A DNA stretch of 64,000 nt, from contig OZ059894.1 of NCBI GenBank assembly GCA_964057225.1, forward strand, positions 4,588,001 to 4,652,000. Direction: 5' to 3'. The notes beneath the pieces were generated by a model. The model was not told the DNA's origin. It made no database searches and saw only the letters and a program-made list of their open reading frames with translations. The translations under genes were made by a program, and so were the position numbers. Below are positions 52,992 through 64,000 of this stretch, in pieces; the first letter of the stretch is position 1; every line of letters begins with the position of its first letter. Origin of the DNA: Auanema rhodensis. Lineage: Eukaryota; Animalia; Nematoda.

Positions 52992-55900
52992 AGCAATGTT
53001 GAGTGTACATGGAAACTCAACATACACTAATGCATCATTTTTCAAACGATCATAACTAATTTTTGTATCAAGCGTTTTTCAATGTAGTATAGTGCATTCG
53101 ATGCGGATTTTTAAGCTGCGTCGATCTGTGTTATCAGATTTGCGCTAGCTTAAAAATGCACCGAGATATCAACTGATATAAGTTCACACTTATATCCTCG
53201 ATTTTCACCCTGAAGAATTAATTTTCTCGTTGAATAACATTGTCCATCGTCTTTGCCTTGAAAAATGGAATCTAAAAACATCTACTTTTTGCTAAATTAT
53301 TTTGAAATTTTTCGAAAAAATTTTTGTCAAAATGTTTTTGGAAGCAATGTTGAGTGTACATGGAAACTCAACATACACTAATGCATCATTTTTCAAACGA
53401 TCATAACTAATTTTTGTATCAAGCGTTTTTCAATGTAGTATAGTGCATTCGCTGCGGATTTTTAAGCTGCGTCGATCTGTGTTATCAGATTTGCGCTAGC
53501 TTAAAAATGCACCGAGATATCAACTGATATAAGTTCACACTTATATCCTCGATTTTCACCCTGAAGAATTAATTTTCTCGTTGAATAACATTGTCCATCG
53601 TCTTTGCCTTGAAAAAAGGAATCTAAAAACATCTACTTTTTGCTAAATTATTTTGAAATTTTTCGAAAAAATTTTTGTCAAAATGTTTTTGGAAGCAATG
53701 TTGAGTGTACATGGAAACTCAACATACACTAATGCATCATTTTTCAAACGATCATAACTAATTTTTGTATCAAGCGTTTTTCAATGTAGTATAGTGCATT
53801 CGATGCGGATTTTTAAGCTGCGTCGATCTGTGTTATCAGATTTGCGCTAGCTTAAAAATGCACCGAGATATCAACTGATATAAGTTCACACTTATATCCT
53901 CGATTTTCACCCTGAAGAATTAATTTTCTCGTTGAATAACATTGTCCATCGTCTTTGCCTTGAAAAAAGGAATCTAAAAACATCTACTTTTTGCTAAATT
54001 ATTTTGAAATTTTTCGAAAAAATTTTTGTCAAAATGTTTTTGGAAGCAATGTTGAGTGTACAGGGAAACTCAACATACACTAATGCATCATTTTTCAAAC
54101 GATCATAACTAATTTTTGTATCAAGCGTTTTTCAATGTAGTATAGTGCATTCGATGCGGATTTTTAAGCTGCGTCGATCTGTGTTATCAGATTTGCGCTA
54201 GCTTAAAAATGCACCGAGATATCAACTGATACAAGTTCACACTTATATCTTCGATTTTCACCCTGAAGAAATAATTTTTTCGTTGAATAACATTGTCCAT
54301 CGTCTTTGCTTTGAAGAAAGGATTCTAAAAACATCTACTTTTTGCTAAATTATTTTGAAATTTTTCGAAAAAAGTTTTGTCAAAATGTTTTTGGAAGCAA
54401 TGTTGAGTGTACATGGAAACTCAACATACACTAATGCATCATTTTTCAAACGATCATAACTAATTTTTGTATTAAGCTTTTCTCAATGTAGTATAGTGCA
54501 TTCGATGCGGATTTTTAAGCTGCGTCGATCTGTGTTATCAGATTTGCGCTAGCTTAAAAATGCACCGAGATATCAACTGATATAAGTTCACACTTATATC
54601 CTCGATTTTCACCCTGAAGAATTAATTTTTTCGTTGAATAACATTGTCTATCGTCTTTGCCTTGAGAAATGGAATCTAAAAACATCTACTTTTTGCTAAA
54701 TTATTTTGAAATTTTTCGAAAAAATTTTTGTCAAAATGTTTTTGGAAGCAATGTTGAGTGTACATGGAAACTCAACATACACTAATGCATCATTTTTCAA
54801 ACGATCATAACTAATTTTTGTATCAAGCGTTTTTCAATGTAGTATAGTGCATTCGATGCGGATTTTTAAGCTGCGTCGATCTGTGTTATCAGATTTGCGC
54901 TAGCTTAAAAATGCACCGAGATATCAACTGATATAAGTTCACACTTATATCCTCGATTTTCACCCTGAAGAATTAATTTTCTCGTTGAATAACATTGTCC
55001 ATCGTCTTTGCCTTGAAAAATGGAATCTAAAAACATCTACTTTTTGCTAAATTATTTTGAAATTTTTCGAAAAAATTTTTGTCAAAATGTTTTTGGAAGC
55101 AATGTTGAGTGTACATGGAAACTCAACATACACTAATGCATCATTTTTCAAACGATCATAACTAATTTTTGTATCAAGCGTTTTTCAATGTAGTATAGTG
55201 CATTCGCTGCGGATTTTTAAGCTGCGTCGATCTGTGTTATCAGATTTGCGCTAGCTTAAAAATGCACCGAGATATCAACTGATATAAGTTCACACTTATA
55301 TCCTCGATTTTCACCCTGAAGAATTAATTTTCTCGTTGAATAACATTGTCCATCGTCTTTGCCTTGAAAAAAGGAATCTAAAAACATCTACTTTTTGCTA
55401 AATTATTTTGAAATTTTTCGAAAAAATTTTTGTCAAAATGTTTTTGGAAGCAATGTTGAGTGTACATGGAAACTCAACATACACTAATGCATCATTTTTC
55501 AAACGATCATAACTAATTTTTGTATCAAGCGTTTTTTAATGTAGTATAGTGCATTCGATGCGGATTTTTAAGCTGCGTCGATCTGTGTTATCAGATTTGC
55601 GCTAGCTTAAAAATGCACCGAGATATCAACTGATATAAGTTCACACTTATATCCTCGATTTTCACCCTGAAGAATTAATTTTCTCGTTGAATAACATTGT
55701 CCATCGTCTTTGCCTTGAAAAAAGGAATCTAAAAACATCTACTTTTTGCTAAATTATTTTGAAATTTTTCGAAAAAATTTTTGTCAAAATGTTTTTGGAA
55801 GCAATGTTGAGTGTACAGGGAAACTCAACATACACTAATGCATCATTTTTCAAACGATCATAACTAATTTTTGTATCAAGCGTTTTTCAATGTAGTATAG

Positions 55901-56501
55901 TGCATTCGATGCGGATTTTTAAGCTGCGTCGATCTGTGTTATCAGATTTGCGCTAGCTTAAAAATGCACCGAGATATCAACTGATACAAGTTCACACTTA
56001 TATCTTCGATTTTCACCCTGAAGAAATAATTTTTTCGTTGAATAACATTGTCCATCGTCTTTGCTTTGAAGAAAGGATTCTAAAAACATCTACTTTTTGC
56101 TAAATTATTTTGAAATTTTTCGAAAAAAGTTTTGTCAAAATGTTTTTGGAAGCAATGTTGAGTGTACATGGAAACTCAACATACACTAATGCATCATTTT
56201 TCAAACGATCATAACTAATTTTTGTATTAAGCTTTTCTCAATGTAGTATAGTGCATTCGATGCGGATTTTTAAGCTGCGTCGATCTGTGTTATCAGATTT
56301 GCGCTAGCTTAAAAATGCACCGAGATATCAACTGATATAAGTTCACACTTATATCCTCGATTTTCACCCTGAAGAATTAATTTTTTCGTTGAATAACATT
56401 GTCTATCGTCTTTGCCTTGAAAAATGGAATCTAAAAACATCTACTTTTTGCTAAATTATTTTGAAATTTTTCGAAAAAATTTTTGTCAAAATGTTTTTGG
56501 A
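52992..56501. repeat. Local higher-order duplication, 5-monomer unit (1755 bp) x2
   Basis: Private SNP TTCGCTGCGG in monomers at 53343 and 55098, and private SNP GTACAGGG in monomers at 54045 and 55800. Confidence 0.88.
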
Positions 56502-57905
56502 AGCAATGTTGAGTGTACATGGAAACTCAACATACACTAATGCATCATTTTTCAAACGATCATAACTAATTTTTGTATTAAGCGTTTTTCAATGTAGTAT
56601 AGTGCATTCGATGCGGATTTTTAAGCTGCGTCGATCTGTGTTATCAGATTTGCGCTAGCTTAAAAATGCACCGAGATATCAACTGATACAAGTTCACACT
56701 TATATCTTCGATTTTCACCCTGAAGAAATAATTTTTTCGTTGAATAACATTGTCCATCGTCTTTGCTTTGAAGAAAGGATTCTAAAAACATCTACTTTTT
56801 GCTAAATTATTTTGAAATTTTTCGAAAAAAGTTTTGTCAAAATGTTTTTGGAAGCAATGTTGAGTGTACATGGAAACTCAACATACACTAATGCATCATT
56901 TTTCAAACGATCATAACTAATTTTTGTATTAAGCTTTTCTCAATGTAGTATAGTGCATTCGATGCGGATTTTTAAGCTGCGTCGATCTGTGTTATCAGAT
57001 TTGCGCTAGCTTAAAAATGCACCGAGATATCAACTGATATAAGTTCACACTTATATCCTCGATTTTCACCCTGAAGAATTAATTTTTTCGTTGAATAACA
57101 TTGTCTATCGTCTTTGCCTTGAAAAATGGAATCTAAAAACATCTACTTTTTGCTAAATTATTTTGAAATTTTTCGAAAAAATTTTTGTCAAAATGTTTTT
57201 GGAAGCAATGTTGAGTGTACATGGAAACTCAACATACACTAATGCATCATTTTTCAAACGATCATAACTAATTTTTGTATTAAGCGTTTTTCAATGTAGT
57301 ATAGTGCATTCGATGCGGATTTTTAAGCTGCGTCGATCTGTGTTATCAGATTTGCGCTAGCTTAAAAATGCACCGAGATATCAACTGATACAAGTTCACA
57401 CTTATATCTTCGATTTTCACCCTGAAGAAATAATTTTTTCGTTGAATAACATTGTCCATCGTCTTTGCTTTGAAAAAAGGATTCTAAAAACATCTACTTT
57501 TTGCTAAATTATTTTGAAATTTTTCGAAAAAATTTTTGTCAAAATGTTTTTGGAAGCAATGTTGAGTGTACATGGAAACTCAACATACACTAATGCATCA
57601 TTTTTCAAACGATCATAACTAATTTTTGTATTAAGCGTTTCTCAATGTAGTAAAGTGCATTCGATGCGGATTTTTAAGCTGCGTCGATCTGTGTTATCAG
57701 ATTTGCGCTAGCTTAAAAATGCACCGAGATATCAACTGATATAAGTTCACACTTATATCCTCGATTTTCACCCTGAAGAATTAATTTTTTCGTTGAATAA
57801 CATTGTCTATCGTCTTTGCCTTGAGAAATGGAATCTAAAAACATCTACTTTTTGCTAAATTATTTTGAAATTTTTCGAAAAAATTTTTGTCAAAATGTTT
57901 TTGGA

Positions 57906-60900
57906 AGCAATGTTGAGTGTACATGGAAACTCAACATACACTAATGCATCATTTTTCAAACGATCATAACTAATTTTTGTATTAAGCGTTTTTCAATGTA
58001 GTATAGTGCATTCGATGCGGATTTTTAAGCTGCGTCGATCTGTGTTATCAGATTTGCGCTAGCTTAAAAATGCATCGAGATATCAACTGATATAAGTTCA
58101 CACTTATATCCTCGATTTTCACCCTGAAGAATTAATTTTCTCGTTGAATAACATTGTCCATCGTCTTTGCCTTGAAAAAAGGAATCTAAAAACATCTACT
58201 TTTTGCTAAATTATTTTGAAATTTTTCGAAAAAAGTTTTGTCAAAATGTTTTTGGAAGCAATGTTGAGTGTACATGGAAACTCAACATACACTAATGCAT
58301 CATTTTTCAAACGATCATAACTAATTTTTGTATTAAGCTTTTCTCAATGTAGTATAGTGCATTCGATGCGGATTTTTAAGCTGCGTCGATCTGTGTTATC
58401 AGATTTGCGCTAGCTTAAAAATGCACCGAGATATCAACTGATATAAGTTCACACTTATATCCTCGATTTTCACCCTGAAGAATTAATTTTTTCGTTGAAT
58501 AACATTGTCTATCGTCTTTGCCTTGAAAAATGGAATCTAAAAACATCTACTTTTTGCTAAATTATTTTGAAATTTTTCGAAAAAATTTTTGTCAAAATGT
58601 TTTTGGAAGCAATGTTGAGTGTACATGGAAACTCAACATACACTAATGCATCATTTTTCAAACGATCATAACTAATTTTTGTATCAAGCGTTTTTCAATG
58701 TAGTATAGTGCATTCGATGCGGATTTTTAAGCTGCGTCGATCTGTGTTATCAGATTTGCGCTAGCTTAAAAATGCACCGAGATATCAACTGATACAAGTT
58801 CACACTTATATCTTCGATTTTCACCCTGAAGAAATAATTTTTTCGTTGAATAACATTGTCCATCGTCTTTGCTTTGAAAAAAGGATTCTAAAAACATCTA
58901 CTTTTTGCTAAATTATTTTGAAATTTTTCGAAAAAATTTTTGTCAAAATGTTTTTGGAAGCAATGTTGAGTGTACATGGAAACTCAACATACACTAATGC
59001 ATCATTTTTCAAACGATCATAACTAATTTTTGTATCAAGCGTTTCTTAATGTTGTATAGTGCATTCGATCCGGATTTTTAAGCTGCGTCGATCTGTGTTA
59101 TCAGATTTGCGCTAGCTTAAAAATGCACCGAGATATCAACTGATATAAGTTCACACTTATATCCTCGATTTTCACCCTGAAGAAATAATTTTTTCGTTGA
59201 ATAACATTGTCCATCGTCTTTGCCTTGAAAAAAGGAATCTAAAAACATCTACTTTTTGCTAAATTATTTTGAAATTTTTCGAAAAAATTTTTGTCAAAAT
59301 GTTTTTGGAAGCAATGTTGAGTGTACATGGAAACTCAACATACACTAATGCATCATTTTTCAAACGATCATAACTAATTTTTGTATTAAGCGTTTCTCAA
59401 TGTAGTAAAGTGCATTCGATGCGGATTTTTAAGCTGCGTCGATCTGTGTTATCAGATTTGCGCTAGCTTAAAAATGCACCGAGATATCAACTGATATAAG
59501 TTCACACTTATATCCTCGATTTTCACCCTGAAGAATTAATTTTTTCGTTGAATAACATTGTCTATCGTCTTTGCCTTGAGAAATGGAATCTAAAAACATC
59601 TACTTTTTGCTAAATTATTTTGAAATTTTTCGAAAAAATTTTTGTCAAAATGTTTTTGGAAGCAATGTTGAGTGTACATGGAAACTCAACATACACTAAG
59701 GCATCATTTTTCAAACGATCATAACTAATTTTTGTATTAAGCGTTTTTCAATGTAGTATAGTGCATTCGATGCGGATTTTTAAGCTGCGTCGATCTGTGT
59801 TATCAGATTTGCGCTAGCTTAAAAATGCACCGAGATATCAACTGATATAAGTTCACACTTATATCCTCGATTTTCACCCTGAAGAATTAATTTTTTCGTT
59901 GAATAACATTGTCTATCGTCTTTGCCTTGAGAAATGGAATCTAAAAACATCTACTTTTTGCTAAATTATTTTGAAATTTTTCGAAAAAATTTTTGTCAAA
60001 ATGTTTTTGGAAGCAATGTTGAGTGTACATGGAAACTCAACATACACTAATGCATCATTTTTCAAACGATCATAACTAATTTTTGTATTAAGCGTTTTTC
60101 AATGTAGTATAGTGCATTCGATGCGGATTTTTAAGCTGCGTCGATCTGTGTTATCAGATTTGCGCTAGCTTAAAAATGCATCGAGATATCAACTGATATA
60201 AGTTCACACTTATATCCTCGATTTTCACCCTGAAGAATTAATTTTCTCGTTGAATAACATTGTCCATCGTCTTTGCCTTGAAAAAAGGAATCTAAAAACA
60301 TCTACTTTTTGCTAAATTATTTTGAAATTTTTCGAAAAAAGTTTTGTCAAAATGTTTTTGGAAGCAATGTTGAGTGTACATGGAAACTCAACATACACTA
60401 ATGCATCATTTTTCAAACGATCATAACTAATTTTTGTATTAAGCTTTTCTCAATGTAGTATAGTGCATTCGATGCGGATTTTTAAGCTGCGTCGATCTGT
60501 GTTATCAGATTTGCGCTAGCTTAAAAATGCACCGAGATATCAACTGATATAAGTTCACACTTATATCCTCGATTTTCACCCTGAAGAATTAATTTTTTCG
60601 TTGAATAACATTGTCTATCGTCTTTGCCTTGAAAAATGGAATCTAAAAACATCTACTTTTTGCTAAATTATTTTGAAATTTTTCGAAAAAATTTTTGTCA
60701 AAATGTTTTTGGAAGCAATGTTGAGTGTACATGGAAACTCAACATACACTAATGCATCATTTTTCAAACGATCATAACTAATTTTTGTATCAAGCGTTTT
60801 TCAATGTAGTATAGTGCATTCGATGCGGATTTTTAAGCTGCGTCGATCTGTGTTATCAGATTTGCGCTAGCTTAAAAATGCACCGAGATATCAACTGATA

Positions 60901-61200
60901 CAAGTTCACACTTATATCTTCGATTTTCACCCTGAAGAAATAATTTTTTCGTTGAATAACATTGTCCATCGTCTTTGCTTTGAAAAAAGGATTCTAAAAA
61001 CATCTACTTTTTGCTAAATTATTTTGAAATTTTTCGAAAAAATTTTTGTCAAAATGTTTTTGGAAGCAATGTTGAGTGTACATGGAAACTCAACATACAC
61101 TAATGCATCATTTTTCAAACGATCATAACTAATTTTTGTATCAAGCGTTTCTTAATGTTGTATAGTGCATTCGATCCGGATTTTTAAGCTGCGTCGATCT
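57906..61200. repeat. Local higher-order duplication, 6-monomer period (2106 bp), second copy partial
   Basis: GCATCGAG monomers at 57906 and 60012, each followed by the same ordered types (CTTTTCTC+GTCTAT; GATACA+GGATTC; AATGTTGT+TCCGG). Confidence 0.8.
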
Positions 61201-64000
61201 GTGTTATCAGATTTGCGCTAGCTTAAAAATGCACCGAGATATCAACTGATATAAGTTCACACTTATATCCTCGATTTTCACCCTGAAGAATTAATTTTCT
61301 CGTTGAATAACATTGTCCATCGTCTTTGCCTTGAAAAAAGGAATCTAAAAACATCTACTTTTTGCTAAATTATTTTGAAATTTTCCGAAAAAATTTTTGT
61401 CAAAATGTTTTTGGAAGCAATGTTGAGTGTATATGGAAACTCAACATACACTAATGCATCATTTTTCAAACGATCATAACTAATTTTTGTATTAAGCGTT
61501 TCTCAATGTAGTAAAGTGCATTCGATGCGGATTTTTAAGCTGCGTCGATCTGTGTTATCAGATTTGCGCTAGCTTAAAAATGCACCGAGATATCAACTGA
61601 TATAAGTTCACACTTATATCCTCGATTTTCACCCTGAAGAATTAATTTTTTCGTTGAATAACATTGTCTATCGTCTTTGCCTTGAGAAATGGAATCTAAA
61701 AACATCTACTTTTTGCTAAATTATTTTGAAATTTTTCGAAAAAATTTTTGTCAAAATGTTTTTGGAAGCAATGTTGAGTGTACATGGAAACTCAACATAC
61801 ACTAATGCATCATTTTTCAAACGATCATAACTAATTTTTGTATCAAGCGTTTCTCAATGTAGTATAGTGCATTCGATCCGGATTTTTAAGCTGCGTCGAT
61901 CTGTGTTATCAGATTTGCGCTAGCTTGAAAATGCACCGAGATATCAACTGATATAAGTTCACACTTATATCCTCGATTTTCACCCTGAAGAAATAATTTT
62001 TTCGTTGAATAACATTGTCCATCGTCTTTGCCTTGAAAAAAGGAATCTAAAAACATCTACTTTTTGCTAAATTATTTTGAAATTTTTCGAAAAAATTTTT
62101 GTCAAAATTTTTTGGAAGCAATGTTGAGTGTACATGGAAACTCAACATACACTAATGCATCATTTTTCAAACGATCATAACTAATTTTTGTATTAAGCGT
62201 TTTTCAATGTAGTATAGTGCATTCGATGCGGATTTTTAAGCTGCGTCGATCTGTGTTATCAGATTTGCGCTAGCTTAAAAATGCACCGAGATATCAACTG
62301 ATATAAGTTCACACTTATATCCTCGATTTTCATCCTGAAGAATTAATTTTTTCGTTGAATAACATTGTCCATCGTCTTTGCCTTGAAAAATCGAATCTAA
62401 AAACATCTACTTTTCGCTAAATTATTTTGAAATTTTTCGAAAAAATTTTTGTCAAAATGTTTTTGGAAGCAATGTTGAGTGTACATGGAAACTCAACATA
62501 CACTAATGCATCATTTTTCAAACGATCATAACTAATTTTTGTATCAAGCTTTTTTCAATGTAGTATAGTGCATTTGATGCGGATTTTTAAGCTGCGTCGA
62601 TCTGTGTTATCAGATTTGCGCTAGCTTAAAAATGCACCGAGATATCAACTGATATAAGTTCACACTTATATCCTCGATTTTCACCCTGAAGAATTAATTT
62701 TCTCGTTGAATAACATTGTCCATCGTCTTTGCCTTGAAAAAAGGAATCTAAAAACATCTACTTTTTGCTAAATTATTTTGAAATTTTCCGAAAAAATTTT
62801 TGTCAAAATGTTTTTGGAAGCAATGTTGAGTGTATATGGAAACTCAACATACACTAATGCATCATTTTTCAAACGATCATAACTAATTTTTGTATTGAGC
62901 GTTTTTCAATGTAGTATAGTGCATTCGATGCGGATTTTTAAGCTGCGTCGATCTGTGTTATCAGATTTGCGCTAGCTTAAAAATGCACCGAGATATCAAC
63001 TGATATAAGTTCACACTTATATCCTCGATTTTCACCCTGAAGAAATAATTTTTTCGTTGAATAACATTGTCCATCGTCTTTGCCTTGAAAAAAGGAATCT
63101 AAAAACATCTACTTTTTGCTAAATTATTTTGAAATTTTTCGAAAAAATTTTTGTCAAAATTTTTTGGAAGCAATGTTGAGTGTACATGGAAACTCAACAT
63201 ACACTAATGCATCATTTTTCAAACGATCATAACTAATTTTTGTATTAATCGTTTTTCAATGTAGTATAGTGCATTCGATGCGGATTTTTAAGCTGCGTCG
63301 ATCTGTGTTATCAGATTTGCGCTAGCTTAAAAATGCACCGAGATATCAACTGATATAAGTTCACACTTATATCCTCGATTTTCACCCTGAAGAATTAATT
63401 TTTTCGTTGAATAACATTGTCTATCGTCTTTGCCTTGAGAAATGGAATCTAAAAACATCTACTTTTTGCTAAATTATTTTGAAATTTTTCGAAAAAATTT
63501 TTGTCAAAATGTTTTTGGAAGCAATGTTGAGTGTACATGGAAACTCAACATACACTAATGCATCATTTTTCAAACGATCATAACTAATTTTTGTATTAAG
63601 CGTTTTTCAATGTAGTATAGTGCATTCGATGCGGATTTTTAAGCTGCGTCGATCTGTGTTATCAGATTTGCGCTAGCTTAAAAATGCATCGAGATATCAA
63701 CTGATATAAGTTCACACTTATATCCTCGATTTTCACCCTGAAGAATTAATTTTCTCGTTGAATAACATTGTCCATCGTCTTTGCCTTGAAAAAAGGAATC
63801 TAAAAACATCTACTTTTTGCTAAATTATTTTGAAATTTTTCGAAAAAAGTTTTGTCAAAATGTTTTTGGAAGCAATGTTGAGTGTACATGGAAACTCAAC
63901 ATACACTAATGCATCATTTTTCAAACGATCATAACTAATTTTTGTATCAAGCTTTTTTCAATGTAGTATAGTGCATTTGATGCGGATTTTTAAGCTGCGT

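Larger units (their letters stand above)
1..64000. repeat. Tandem satellite DNA array, 351-bp monomer, 182 full copies + 130-bp partial, head-to-tail, extends beyond both window ends
   Basis: AGCAATGTTGAGTGTACATGG recurs at 1, 352, 703 ... 7021, 14041, 21061, 28081 (exact 351-bp register). The last start is at 63871 = 1+182*351-12, matching the 12 bp of deletions I found. No non-repeat sequence or strand switch seen. Confidence 0.99.

Noticed and set aside
1-64000. CRISPR array (palindromic repeats at regular spacing)
   Set aside because: There are no unique spacers: the entire 351 bp is repeated. No cas genes are present.
1-64000. Artefactual concatemer (rolling-circle or collapsed assembly)
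   Set aside because: Variants are shared in ordered, nested haplotype blocks rather than being random errors, which is what a real evolving array looks like.

Overview
The whole 64 kb window is one uninterrupted head-to-tail tandem array (satellite DNA) of a 351-bp AT-rich monomer (~31% GC by my count of monomer 1). It holds 182 complete copies plus a 130-bp partial copy, all in the same orientation, and runs off both window ends. Copies usually differ from the consensus by only a few substitutions. There are no credible genes, RNA genes, CRISPR arrays or inserted mobile elements. The five 63-aa ORFs are by-products of one stop-removing SNP in the repeat. The informative structure is (i) a monomer packed with inverted repeats, with four hairpin/dyad modules whose centres pair up about half a monomer apart, and (ii) SNP haplotypes that reveal short-lived local higher-order duplications (2- to 7-mers), a sharp subfamily boundary near 37.55 kb, deletion-only length variants and an invariant core. 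It looks like eukaryotic (probably invertebrate) centromeric or pericentromeric satellite, but I cannot assign a species or named family, and I found no evidence for a novel gene-encoded system. All variant calls were made by eye and need confirming by alignment.
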